Below, piece by piece: positions 1 to 12,984 of a stretch of DNA of 64,000 bases. A program made the translations under genes and the position numbers. This DNA is from Hydrolagus affinis (lineage: Eukaryota). The stretch is from contig JAAILG010001168.1 of the NCBI GenBank assembly GCA_012026655.1, positions 1 to 64,000 of the forward strand, written 5' to 3'. The first letter of the stretch is position 1. Every line of letters begins with the position of its first letter. The notes under the pieces were generated by a model. That model was given only the letters and a program-made list of their open reading frames with translations. It searched no databases and was not told the DNA's origin.

Positions 1-240
1 GATTATTTTTGTGACTGAAGACAGGGAGGTGGGGTTGAAAGTATGAAAGGTGGGGTGGGTGGGGGTTGAAATAATGGATGGAGGGGCAGAGGTGGGGGGA
101 GGAAACACACACACAAAAAATTCAAGCAGCCTCCAGGACATAATCAGTTGTAGAGAAGTTACTGATCTCCAAAAGGGTGTTTAAAACACAATCTCAGGAA
201 CATCCCTACTGGACTTCTTATGCACCAACACAAATTATTT

Positions 241-352
241 TATTCACCCACAAAGTACACAATTCCCTCTATTTTTCAGTATATCCTGAGAAGCACTCAA
301 GACATCCTCTGGATGTGAAAAGGCATTATGTCAAATATAAGGATTATTATTT
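241..352 (+). mobile_element. 3' fragment of the abundant tRNA-derived SINE
   Basis: Matches the 3' end of the full copies (aagcac...gtgaaaaggcattatgtcaaatataaggattattat). Confidence 0.7.
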
Positions 353-959
353 GTCACATAAGTATCTTTATGTCTTAGTTGAGTGATTTAATACAATTTA
401 TGCTGAAAGGTGGTCTATTTTGAGCAATGGGACTGTGTCTACTACAAATTCCATTGGGAGTGAGGAAACTCATTTTTTTCAAGAGCATTAAATGCCAAGA
501 GAAAGGAGACTGTCAGCCTATTCGTCATAGCCAGATTCAAACCGATGTCCTCGAGGTGAAGTAACAGAATGTAAATTTACTGCATCACCCAGTTTGATTC
601 AATTTTATTATTTTTAGAATCTTTACATTCTGGACTTGACCTGTGGTCTGTTACCAGGTCCAAACTTACCTCTCACTGAACAGACTGGTTTTGAAACGTT
701 CAGCTCATTGATTGCAACATTGAAATACTGACCGGGAGCAAAGTTATTCAAACATCAGGATAGTTTTATTTCCACAAAATTCAGCCAATAATATTAAAAA
801 CAATTTATAATGCCTTTAATCATTTAAAAAAAACACTTCCCAATTCTCCCCTAACTTTATTTGAACTTTTATGTAAATTAAGCTGCTATCCCTGTTGTCC
901 ACTTATACAGTATTTACTTATACCTTGTTTACCTAACTTCAACTGTCTCCAATCTTGAT

Positions 960-1402
960 TATCCTCATTTAAGTTTTCAAATCCCTCCACTCCTTTGCAC
1001 CTCTCCACCTCTCTGACCTCCTCTCTCCTCACAGCAGTACCCTTTGGCTTCACTCCATCGGGTCCGTCCTCCTCCTTGTCCCCCGAATCCTCCGCTCTAC
1101 CATCGGCGGCCGTGCCTTCAGCCACTATGCCCCGAGGCTCTGGAATTCCCTTTCTCACTCCCTTCGCCTCACCCCCCTCTCTTCCTACTTTCAGGTCTCG
1201 GCTAAAGATCTTTCTTTTCGACCGTGCGTTTGGTCACCTTTTTCACGCTCCACCTGGCTCGGCCCCGGGATCCGTTATTGGGAAGCGCTCTGAGACACTA
1301 TCCGGCGTGGGGGGGTACTATATAAATCCAAGTTGTTGTTTTTAAGTGCTCTGAGATGCCGCCCGATGTGGAGAGTGTTACATTAATGCAAGCTGTTGTT
1401 GT
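960..1402 (+). mobile_element. L2-clade LINE 3' end (degenerate ORF2 C-terminus, 3'UTR, doubled GTT tail)
   Basis: Peptide remnant FRSRLKIFLFDRAF. Homologous to 8341-8974, 12985-13635 and 25353-25892. Ends in tataaatccaagttgttgtt. Confidence 0.85.
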
Positions 1403-3603
1403 TTATTACTTATTGCTTTTTATATAGCTTCTCCTGATTGTTTACATTTTCCCCTCTATTGACATACGCCCATGCTGCTCATCTCCAACCTCATGATGCT
1501 GGGCTGCTGTTCCATTTTAACGTTCAGGTTTAGGGGCGAGCCTTGTCAATGAGGCCACCTGACTATAGAGGGCATCGTAGTTCTCATCTGTGCCACACAT
1601 GTACACTACAAGAGGACTGAAGAGGGATCAGTCCAGGATTAGGAAATCTGGCTGATTTTACCCTCCCTAAACTTTTGGAAGGCTGGGGCCAATTTAACCT
1701 CCCATTCAGTACCTGTTGTGCCCAGCACACTCCTTTAAATACATTCGGTTTTTAATGTGGTTTCAGTTTTAAATATTCTGCCAACTGTTTTTATATCTCT
1801 AAAACTGTATTACATTTTTCCTGCATTTTTTTCCCTCTTGATCTGGCTGGAGTTTTTTTCTTTTGATTTCAACACCAATTAATCACGCCTCGTTATGTTT
1901 TAAGTCTTGTTTTAGGAGGTGAAAGGGAGTAGTCCAAGAAACTCATACAACATTATTGGCAAAAATAAGAAAAGCTCTTCAGCATGCTGGAAAAGCTAAT
2001 GCAGTATTTGTCCTGATTTCTAAAGAAAACTATGTACAGTTATATACAAAAGGCATGAAAAGCACTATATCAAATGCAAGGATTATTATTTCATTATGAT
2101 TATTATTACAACGTTCTTAATGGTCCTGTGCCAAATAATTGCTCAAATCACCATCATGTCTTTATAAGACATAAAGTTTGGAACACTGATAGTGATTCTC
2201 AGAAATGTAATATTCAAGCATTTTAACTTATAAATTGGTAGCCTACTGCTTGTACTTGTACATGTATAGTATAATGATTTTTGGTTTTAATTGTCAAAAT
2301 TGTCAGCATCTCATTCAAACTTTTCTTTCTCGTAGTAATTCAACATCTGGTTTTATTTATTACAGGAAAAAAACATCTCAATTGCTAGAAATGGAATGGT
2401 GTCCCACAATCTAGAAGGGCCCTCAGCCCAACCTGTTCCATCAGTTTATTAGTTAATTAGCAGACGTATCAATCCTATTTTCTTCTGCAAAACCTTTACT
2501 TCTTCAGTATCTATTTACTTTTAAGCGTCCCTAATGGTTTTGCCTTGAACACAAACTTTTGTGAAATATGTATATTTCCAAATTGTCAATTTCTTTGACC
2601 CTAAGGAGTTCTTGGAAATGGAACAAAGCAACAAAATATTCTGCAAAGTCTGGATGATAAAAACATGCCGATAAACAATATAATGATGTAAACTGAATTG
2701 ACGAGGTGAGATAAGTGCTCCAGAAGTCATTTGATGGCATGCAAATTGGGATTATTGTACATATAGTGAGTATTAGTGTTCAAATTTGATAGTGGTTTGA
2801 TAGTGTTGTCAGTTAAGATGGTCTTAACACCATATTTTTTGTCTTGATACCATATTTTTATCAATCATTCCACATGTACCAAATAGGAAGGATTAAACAG
2901 GATATGCAAATGTGTGGTAAACTGCATAATGGATCTTTTTGATCTGCAACAGATGAAATGGGGAGAGAAATGCATTCACTTTGATGCTTTTTCCTGTGCT
3001 TGTTCCTGTTAAAACTGCACTGATGGGTTTTAGTTATAATTTATTTTAAATCCACTGTCCTAGCTATCGGGAGGAAATCTCTTGTATAAACTGAGGAAAG
3101 AAGGGACTTCTTGTTTCACAACACATTTAAATAAATAACATTTGTTTTGAACATCACAGTCAATACCCTGTTTGTCAGGTTAAACGCTGACCATGAGTGA
3201 ACCTGTAAGATAACATTGGGTTATTGTCCGAACAGATTGGTTGAAACATTAGAAACTATTTATGTAAACTAATACAATAACTTTCATAGCGTAATCACTT
3301 CTTCATTCCCCACAGGTGGTCTGGCCAATATTACTATAGTGCAAGGGACTTTGCATCCTCCTCATATATTGGTGTTTCATTCATGTCAGAAATATGAAAC
3401 TATCAAAATAAAGCAAATATATCCTATCTGTTTGAACAGCTGGCGTACTTGACTATGGTAGAGAACACAGTCAGAACATGTGACAAATAATACCGGATAC
3501 TTTAACTATACTGTATATGCATCACATTTGAAATCACACATTTCCACAATTTCAGCAGCTATTTATAAAAATGACCTTACCTGTGTGTGGGGAAATGACT
3601 GAA

Positions 3604-3805
3604 ATGAAACAGGATGCAAATTAATAAGCAAATTTGAAAAGTTTCAATCAGAAAGCCTTTGTTGAGCATTAACTCTTTTGATATTCCGATCGCAAGATAC
3701 CTATTACTGTATCTTGTGATCGGAATATCAAAAGAGTTAATGCTCAACAAAGGCTTTCTGATTGAAACTTTTCAAATTTGTCTATCAATTTGCATCCTGT
3801 TTTAT
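3604..3805. repeat. Long near-perfect inverted repeat (97-bp arms, 8-nt loop)
   Basis: 3604-3700 is the reverse complement of 3709-3805, with 5 mismatches by manual alignment. Confidence 0.95.
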
Positions 3806-4714
3806 GTAATAGGGCCTTAAAAGTTTTGGTTCGCAACAAATTTCACTAATCATGAATCAAAGGATGCTGCTGGTGAATCCTGTTGGGATCCATCCCTTTT
3901 TGGGATACAAATGCCCTACATGTACAGATTTAAAAGCAAGACATACAGTGTTTTAACTGTGTATATGTTACATTTGTGTTCTGAATATGCTATTTTGTTC
4001 TACAGGTTCAAAATCAGATTCCGTTTTAGCTTTTTCTTTGATTGACAACATTTTTCCCCAAAAAACTATCCATATTCTTTGCAGTAACACATCAAGAAAA
4101 AATTAGTGCAAACAAATTAGCATTTACCTTGTACAACATACTGAATTAATGAATTGATAAAATTCTTATGTTAAATTTGTTATATGTACTTCAACAAACA
4201 ACAGTTTTGAACTTTTCAACAGATCATTTATTTACATCTACCTTTTAATACTGAGCACCAACTCCAATATATATTATTTGTAATCCATCTCATCCTCAAA
4301 CCAATTTACACTTTATGCAAGCTAAACGCAGTGAAATGCAGTACTCTTATACTGCAATCTTGCCTTGTGTACCGAAATGTCACCATGACAGGACTTTCAA
4401 ACTATCTGTATAATCTGTTAAGTGTTTCTAACATAGTGCAATGCATGATAATTGGTGAATTTTACTCAATGAAAGGTTTTTGTAGTGAAACAAATAGAAT
4501 TGACATGATCCTAAAAGAACTGATCTGTAATACTGATTGAAGATACAGCTATTTCTTGCCCTATGGAATACAGTATGTACATTCCCTCATGACACCAATC
4601 TTGTCACAGCATGCATTTCCCAGTAATTCTGTTGTAGTTTATTGTAATGTAAGCTTTAGTACAATGCCAATACAGAATTGTAATGGTACAAGTTAAATTT
4701 CTAGGATGTGCCTA

Positions 4715-5005
4715 GTTGGCTGATTGAGGTTGGGGCAATTGACATAGGTGTGGGTAGAGGAGAAACAACCAACATTCATACTGCTGATCATTATCCATTG
4801 ACCTCTGTATTAAAGTGAGCGTGTGCTGAAGTGAAGTAATGACAGGATCAGGCCTAGGTATGATGCCCTCCACAGTCAAATAGGCAACCCGACATTCATT
4901 GTTTTGGCTCATTCATTAAGAATAATCATTTGGGTGAGGTGCTGGAGGCATTCATGCAAAGATACCTCAGCAAGTGTGAGTCCCTTAGGAGGGAGAACAT
5001 TTGCA
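4715..5005 (+). mobile_element. Old SINE-like dispersed repeat (third family); related copies at about 1500-1720(-), 13915-14030(-), 30825-30995(-) and 42520-42835(+)
   Basis: Shared motifs ctgctcctgatca, gacaggatc...tgatgccctccacagtc and ttgggtgaggt...taccccagca recur at these loci. Confidence 0.55.
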
Positions 5006-5218
5006 ATAAAGAGAATTAAGTAAAATATGTACTGTAATGTTTTGATTTTAAAAATTATTATTTAAAAACTAAAATCTAAAAGCTCCACCAATGCTTTAAA
5101 TGTAAACTACTGATACAGAGCTCAGTTCTGTAGCTATTATTAATTACGTGTAAAGAAATCATTGTATGAGGTGTAGTGTAGACACACCGCGTGCAATTAA
5201 AGAGCTTGTATTCATGAT

Positions 5219-5327
5219 ACACAACAGAAATCGCTGGGAACACTCAGCAAGTCAGGCAGCACCTATGGAGAAAGGAAAAATTAGTCAACGTTTCGGGTCC
5301 ACAATCAGAACTATATTGTCAGAACTA
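5219..5327 (-). mobile_element. Short Penelope-like element terminus flanked by a 10-bp TSD
   Basis: Direct repeat tattcatgat at 5209-5218 and 5328-5337. Internal gctgggaacactcagcaagtcaggcagcacctatggagaaagg is shared with 47289-47426. Confidence 0.7.
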
Positions 5328-6079
5328 TATTCATGATCATTGTTTTGAGTTTGTGAATACTGATACATTTGTGTCAAACTAAAAAAAAACCTCAGGTTGT
5401 TGAGATTTTACATATCCTTCTGTCAGGTACTCTTTAGTTGAAAAGACAACTGTACGGATTATTTTGACATGTAATAGTATATTTCGGAGAAATATGATGG
5501 CTTTGTTCAGTACAAGTACCACAATTTAGAACTAGGAAATGATGTAGTTTAGGTAACAATTAACCTTAGTTAATATATGCAAAATGTGGCTAAGTAGCAC
5601 TAATTATGATTTTCACTTTAACATGCATGTACAAATGTCTAATTTTTTTTAAAAAAATTGACTGGTGGGGAGATTTATTTGCTATATTGACCCCATGGCA
5701 TAAGGTAATAACCCATTTTAATTGACATGTGCATATTAATTAGAATTTATACAATGATTCTTTTCCAGTTTTATCATTCTCTAGGAATGTTCAGCACGTT
5801 AAAGTGATTAATCACTTGAGCCTTAATGGTTCGTTGTCTGTATTTTTAACCAACTACTGTTATAATTAACTTACAGAATCAGTACAGTAATACAACTAAT
5901 TAGCACAAAACATTAGACTTGGTAATCCATTACTGACTTGGAACGGTATGTCCTATTAAATGTGATGAATCTATTTCTGATTTTTAGCACCATAACTATT
6001 TTTAAGTACTGTAGAGTATGTTGTATTGAAGGTATCAGTGAATAGAAGTACAGTATTTGTAAATGTATCAGATAAATAA

Positions 6080-6248
6080 TAAATTGGTCAATCAATCCAT
6101 GACTGTTGTGGGACACTGATGTGCGCTATTGGCTGCCACATTTCTACCATAAAATATACTTCACAGTATATTCTGAGATGTCTCAAAGATGTGATAAGGT
6201 ACTGTTAAGGATAAGGTACCAAATGCAAAGATTATTAGTATTATTATT
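6080..6248 (+). mobile_element. 3' half of tRNA-derived SINE
   Basis: caatccatgactgttgtgggacactg...caaatgcaaagattattagtatt. Confidence 0.85.
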
Positions 6249-8340
6249 TTGTTCATATAGAAGGGCCAAAGGAAAGAAGCTACCAGACAATCGGATTTGT
6301 TGCCAACTAAATACTGTACATATTTTCATGGTCTATTATTTTATGTGTCATAACAGTCTGGTTTCATCTCTCAATCCACAAATTTGTAACATAATATTCT
6401 GAAACTGCACACCCTCTATTTCTAAATGACAAATTACAGCACAGTGTTTGGCTGTTACTATTTTATAATCATGTACTGTGCTTCTCATTTCTTTTATACC
6501 CTTCTCTCCTTGCTTGTAACCTGTATTACGAAGGGAATACTAGCCCTTTAAGAGTGAAAATGTTAATATTCAAAGGCCATATTTTAAATCTTGTGACTGA
6601 CTACAACTGTGGCAAAATACTTAACTAACTGAACTAAAGTTCAGTCCTTGTTTTGTCAGGAAAATGGAAATATAAGTTCCCAAACTAAAGTGAAAAGCAT
6701 GATTTTTATTCACATGACCTCAACTATTAAAAAGCATTTCTGATTAATTTAGAAAATTATAATAATTTTGAATAGGACAATTTATATGTAGATGTTACAA
6801 ATATCTTCACTGGAAATGTATGTGAACCAGGCTACTGCAAGCAATTGTATTCCTAATTTTTTTTTGAATTTCAGATGTATTTTATTCCAGCTGCATAAAG
6901 TAATATATAATAACAGGAATATAGTTATAAGATGGTGAAACCCAGTGATCAGTGAAGTCTGTCACATACTGAATGCAGAAAAAAATTATTTTGCATCAAA
7001 ATCAGATATGGTTGTCTGACTGATGGACATTTTCCCCATGACCTCAGTTTATCTGCATGTGACCTGTACTGTCAAGAGGAGTAGGCTTTATATTGATGCA
7101 TTCATTTCATAGTTTCCAGTTTTCTCTTCTATTAGAAGACGAATATTATATCAACTGCTTGAATTTCTAATTTTATGTCTCTAAGTCCTGTTCCAATACC
7201 ACAGTGCACGTGATATTGTAGCATTCTACTCTGCTTGAGCGATCGAAATGGATGCATATAGTGTGATAACCATGTTTAGCATACAATACTTCAGTGTCTC
7301 TCAGTTTCACATAGAAATGCATCGAATTATTTTGAAGGGCTTATTCTTTCTGTTTATATATTTAAACAGTGCATATTTGTCAATACCTTCAGGGAGCTGA
7401 AAAACAGATGTTCCTACTCTGATCAAATGGTAATGCTTCTAGTACCTTCTTCGCTGTCCAGTCATGTTCCTGGACTGCGATTTTCTTGCAGAGGATGTTC
7501 TCTCTTCCATTGCCAAAATTCCAAATATTCTTCCTAAAGCCACCATTTCCTTCCGAGTGCTCCCTTCCTGAATCTTATTTGCCATCCTCCCACACAAATA
7601 CAATCCATATTAAAATGTAATCGTGTCTTCTACAAACTTGCTGCTTATGTATCAACAGTGAATTGTTTTAATAAATTAAATGAAAAGCCATATGAAAATC
7701 TATGAAATTCAATGAAAAATATACTGATCTATAATTAAATTCTATTCTTCATTTGTCCGTAGACCACACAGTGTTGTGGTATGTAATGGACAATCACAAC
7801 CATATACAAATGTAATGTTTCATTTTAGAGGTGTAAAATTCTAATCTTATTAATCTCTGAGAGAAAGTGTTTTGGCTATTTTGTTGGTAAGTTTATGCAA
7901 CATTCAATTTGGAAATGCCAGTCTTCAAAATCTGAGTATTGTAAGGTTCATGCTTACTGATGTGTGGTTACAGATTTTAAATGAATTTAGATTTGTTTTT
8001 ACACTTTGGAATTTAATTAACTTTTTTAGTTTTAACAAAGTTGATATGCTATTTAATGTACTCAAAATATTTGTTTTTGGTCGCCACATAATGGAAACCT
8101 ATCACCGCGTTTAAGAGTATCTAAACTGAGAATTCCATGCATCCCACCTACACATGGAAGTCCCAGAGATAAATTGTTGAACTCAAAATATGATGCGGAC
8201 GTATCATTTTTCAATAGGAATACAAATCAGCAAGGCCCATAACCATATATACATTCAGCATCACATAAAGTTTGCTTCATATATTGCTATTTTTGATCAT
8301 CCTGTCGGTTTTAGAAACCTACATGTTTAATGACTTATAT

Positions 8341-8974
8341 ACAACAACAACTTAGATTTATATAGCACTCTTCATGCTGGAAGGCTTCTCAGAGCGCTTC
8401 ACAATAATGGATTCCAGGGCCGAGCCGGGGGGAGGGGGAAAAAGGTGACCAAAAGCGCGGCCGCAAAAGAAAGGTCTTCATCCGTGAAAATGGGAAAAGA
8501 GGGGGTGAGGCGAAGGGAGTGAGGAAGGGAGCTCCAGAGCCTCGGGGCTTAGTGGCTGAAGGCACGGCCACCAATGGTGGAATGGAGGATTCAGGAGACG
8601 AGGAGGCCAGACCCGGTAGAGCGAAGGCAACGGGTGCTGTTGCGAGTGAGGTGAGAGGAGGTCAGAGAGGTAGGGGGGGAGCAGAGGAGTGGAGAGATTT
8701 GAAAACAAGAGTGAGGATCTTGAAATCGATCCACTCCGAGACAGGGAGCCAGTGAAGTCTGGCAAGGACTGGGGTTATTGGGGAGCGGAGTTTGGCATGG
8801 GTGAGAATGCAAGTGGCAGAATTTTAGATAATCTGGATTTTGTGAATGGTGACGGAGGGGAGACTGGCAAGGAGGGCATTTGAGGACCAGTGTTTCAGCA
8901 GCTTTTGGGGTGAGATATTGTCTGAGATGTGCAATGCGTCGGAGATGGAAGAAAGCGGTGCTGGTGAGGGACAG
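8341..8974 (-). mobile_element. L2-clade LINE 3' fragment
   Basis: caacaac tail at the left end. Minus-strand remnants YLSDLL and KTFL. Homologous to 12985-13635. Confidence 0.85.
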
Positions 8975-9719
8975 ACTTATTTATCCTTCATTTCCAATTA
9001 ATCAGCGCTATGTTGTGTGCAGTAATAAATAATGTTTTACCTGTGAAGTAAATTGAGATGTACAATAGTTCCTTATTAGACACCAAACTAGTAAAGTTTA
9101 AAATGAACAATTTAATAATGAATCAATTAGAATTATGATTGTAGAAATGCAAAAGGAATACCCTATTTGGATTATTAATTATGTTACAGTAACAAGTAAA
9201 AATAAATGTTCTTGAGATGAAATAGCTGATTGTGTTGATGTGCACAGCCTGAAACGTGAAGAAGTAGTAGTTTAACATGACAGCACTAAAAAATGGATCA
9301 TCAACCACAGGAAAGAGTCCACAATGACTGGTGGGAGCAAGACACAGTCAATTTGACGCAGCTGGATGAATACATTGGTGTCTTAATGGTCAGTCAGTGG
9401 AATTATTACTTGCAAGGATGTAAGCTGGTCTGTATCTCTCTGAAACCACTTCTTAGATGGTTTTAGCACTTTTCTGAAATAACGTACTGTAGTTTTGTTT
9501 AAGGTTATTAAGGTAGTGCACTGCAATTCATGAATCCTTGTCTTTTTGCACTAACATTAAAGTTGAAAGATGAGCAAGTGTCTTTGGCGGGAAGCTATTT
9601 GATAAACTATTTTGTAAGCAATTCTAAGGTTGCCTTTTTGAAACTCCAAATTTAAACAATCCATATGATTTGTGCCTCTCCAAGCGAAGCAGTGCATTTC
9701 ACCCAGAAACAAAAGTTCA

Positions 9720-10000
9720 ACATCAAGGGATGTTAAATTGTGTTCTGTCTGTCTGTTTGAGTGCCTATTAAATGAAGATCTAATGCCACTACTCAAAAAG
9801 AGAAGGGATTTTTCCCCGGTATCTTGGCCACCAAATCGACCAGATCAAAATCATTGTTGATTCACTTTCTGACCGTTTGTGGGATATTGCTGTATGCAGA
9901 CTGCCACTTTTATTTACAAATACAGTATCACTACACTTTATAGAAAACTCTGAAGCACTTTGCAACATTTTGATGTGATAAAGTACTGTACCAAATCCAT
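9720..10000 (+). mobile_element. Degraded Deu-domain SINE
   Basis: aagatctaatgccactact...ccccggtatcttggcca...gtttgtgggatattgctgt resembles the Deu core and 3' region. Confidence 0.55.
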
Positions 10001-10009
10001 TCACAAACC

Positions 10010-10165
10010 TGACATGGATTCAGAATTGGCTGAAGGGAAGGAAGCAGAGGGTTTTGTGCAGGGAGTTAGGTCAAACTAGGGATAGGTTTTAAGTGGGGTA
10101 CCTCAGGGAGCCCCTCCTGCTCCTTGTATAAATGACCTGGATTTGCAGACCCAGTGCAAGAATCA
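10010..10165 (+). mobile_element. CR1 LINE reverse-transcriptase fragment
   Basis: Translates in pieces as WIQNWLKGRKQRV...GVPQG...INDLDL. Confidence 0.7.
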
Positions 10166-10371
10166 ATGACTGAAACAGGTTCCTAAAAAAGACGTTTGAG
10201 GCTAGGACCCTGGACTCATTTAAGACAACAACAAAATTAAATTTATAGAGCTCCTTTCACAGGAGGACGTCCCACAGTTTATTGTTGTGAAGGGGGTTAT
10301 GGATGGTAGGGCATGTGTTCTGGAAGGTTGAGATTCAATTGAGATGTGTGAATGTTACCATGTAACATTGT

Positions 10372-10660
10372 GGAGTCCTGTAGCTCAGTGGTTAGAGCAC
10401 TCGCCTTGCAAGCAAGAGACCTGGGTTTGATTTCAGGCAGAGGGCGAAACTTTGGGCAAGTTTCCTTACTCCACACGCCTAATAATACTCAAAAAAAACA
10501 ATGATAATTTGGTCACTCAATCTATGACTGTTTGTGGGATACTGATGTGTGCAATTGGCCTTCGCATTTCGCCCACAAATATGCAGTCAGTTCACTTTGC
10601 ACGCTTTGAGACATCTGGAAAACATGTAAAGTGCTACATCAAATGCAAGGATTATTCTTA
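10372..10660 (+). mobile_element. Full-length tRNA(Ala-like)-derived SINE, short variant
   Basis: Head ggagtcctgtagctcagtggttagagcactcgccttgcaagc (A box, TGC anticodon loop), degenerate B box, L2-like tail with (att)n. Confidence 0.9.
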
Positions 10661-11369
10661 TGTTTGCTGTTTTATTAGTTGTGTCCTAGGTCATTTGGTG
10701 ATATCCAAACTAATAAAACTTTATCAATTCCCTCCCCACCCCCAAATCCCTCTTGTCTGGTCATACAAAACCATATGTGGATTAATTTTGGTATAGTATA
10801 TTAATAATCTTTACCTTTGGTTTAGAACCTCTCACATCAGGAAGACATCCCAAAGCACTTCACATGAATGTACTATCAAGTGTATTAAAAACTGGTTTGT
10901 ATATATGTAAATATGAGAGTAAAATACCATAAAGTGAAAATACAAACTTTTGCAACACTTACACATTTTGATTTCAGCCCTTCATCTCTGGGAAGGGGGG
11001 GAAATGGAATGCAGTTGAATGGTTTTTGAAGGGGGTTAGTAGGTCCTCAGATGTCTGCAATTTTCTTTCTAATGTCATCTCTGAGACAATTGCTGCTTAT
11101 GTTCATGTGGACAAACAATAAAACTCGTTAAGCATTCCCTCCCGAACTTGTTGAAAGGCTTAATCATTTGCAAAATGATCTTGCATGTGCTACAGGTGGC
11201 CTACTTTCAGGCTCACTTTCATTCCGTTTTGGGGGAGGGATCAGAGAGGTTTATTATTTGCGAAACTCTTTGCTTGTTTCCTTCTCTTCTGGTAAGTGGT
11301 GTATTTCTTTGTATGTCTGCCTAATTTCTGTCCAGCAGAAAATATATAAGTCCTTGCATTTGATATTGC

Positions 11370-11672
11370 GGAATCCTGTAGCTCAGTGGGTAGAGCACTT
11401 GATTTGCAAGCAAGAGACCTGGGTTTGATTCCAGACAGGGCGAAACCTTGCGCAAGTTTGCTTACTCCACGTGCCTAATAACAATCCCTCAAAAAATAAT
11501 AATAATTTGGTCACTTAATCCATGACTGTTTGTGGGACACTGCTGTGTGCAATTGCGTTTTGCAGACCCATATAATATATACAGTCAATTCACTTTGCTG
11601 TATATTCTACAAAGCACTTTGAGATGTTTATAGGACGTGAAAAGCGCTCTATCAAATGCAAGTACTATTATT
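11370..11672 (+). mobile_element. Full-length tRNA-derived SINE, short variant
   Basis: Same head, body and tail as the 10372 copy. Confidence 0.9.
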
Positions 11673-12984
11673 AATGTGTCTTTCACATTGGGAGGAAATC
11701 ACAGAGTGCTTCATAGGATGTACTGTCGTGACTGCTCTTGGTACAGATGAAGACAGCTACAGCAAGTAGGTGAAGCCGTCCCAAAACAGAGTGGGCATGT
11801 TGTTATAGAATGTTTAAATTCATGCTATCAGCTGATAGGCAAAGATCCCTATTATGATCTGTGAAATCCATAGCCAAATGTACACATGATTTTTAAGATG
11901 TTGCCAATATTTGCTGCTGTTGCACTTATTCTGTCCTGCTCTGCAACTGTACTTTATTTCTATGTTATCTGTAGCAGTTTATGTTGTTGTCTCATTCCAA
12001 AAAAGGCTACATTCTATTCAAATTCTGTATTCTTAAACTAGCTTTTATTTTCAAAATTTCCCAAAACATATTCATTCAAACTGATTTAGTGCTGCTGGCC
12101 TATGTTTAAGATGAAGCAAAATAGCTCTTTACAGCAATGCCTGTATTTTGTGGGCTTGTTTTAATCAATATTTATACAAGTGTCATTTTGTTGTTGTTGT
12201 TGTTTTCACAGAGATACAAACTCATTCAGAGTATTTGAACAAAAATGTTATTCTAATCCTGCCTGGAGGGCAAAACATACTTTTAAGTACTGGAAAACCA
12301 GCAGTCCTTTTCATTACAGGGTGCCCCAAAGCAAAAACTCTAAAAGCAATGGGGCTGCCTTCTGATCATGAAGCTTTATGAAAACTAGATAGATGTGGTT
12401 ATAAAAGTGGTGGAATGTTGGAGGATGGTAGTAGGAGGGGTGGGTTGGATATTTGTTCTCTGGACACTGCTCCCCCCAACCCCCTCCCCCCGCTTCAAAA
12501 GCAACAGTAGGATTGCTTGCAAAGGGTTAGTCAAAAATAGTCCAATTGAAGTGGTTAATCCTTACAAAGGTCATTAATGAACAACTAGTATGGCATTCCA
12601 TAGCTATGGAAGCTCTGGCCTATTGCAAGTGAGAATTCCAAATGCACAAAGTTATAAGTTGCTGGCCAAGAGTGAAGGTAGTAATGTTTTCTGATGGTGT
12701 ATACAGGTGTACCAACCAGGGGGAGCGGAGCAAGTATAGAGGTGAGAGTTTTGCAAATCACAGCAGGCATTATCCCACATACATGGTTTATCTTGTATCA
12801 TATTTGAGGTGGGTATGTGGGGGTTGGTGGAGAATCAGTGCCTGAGGAGGCTTGAGTATGGTAAGAGACCAGTGGTGAATTGTACCCCCAAAAGACCTGC
12901 ATGGATATTCAACCATCCGCAATCCACTTACCAGTAACAATGAATGTCACCTACAGCCCTCAATATGTTTGTGGCTACGACACC

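Noticed and set aside
24-102. G-rich tract / G-quadruplex
   Set aside because: Low-complexity sequence at the window edge with no supporting context.
10372-10445. tRNA-Ala(TGC) gene
   Set aside because: The acceptor and T stems are degenerate, and the sequence continues into the SINE body in every copy, so it is a SINE head.
12540-12960. Possible very old LINE fragment (LWNA-like motif on the minus strand)
   Set aside because: Too degraded to assign by eye.
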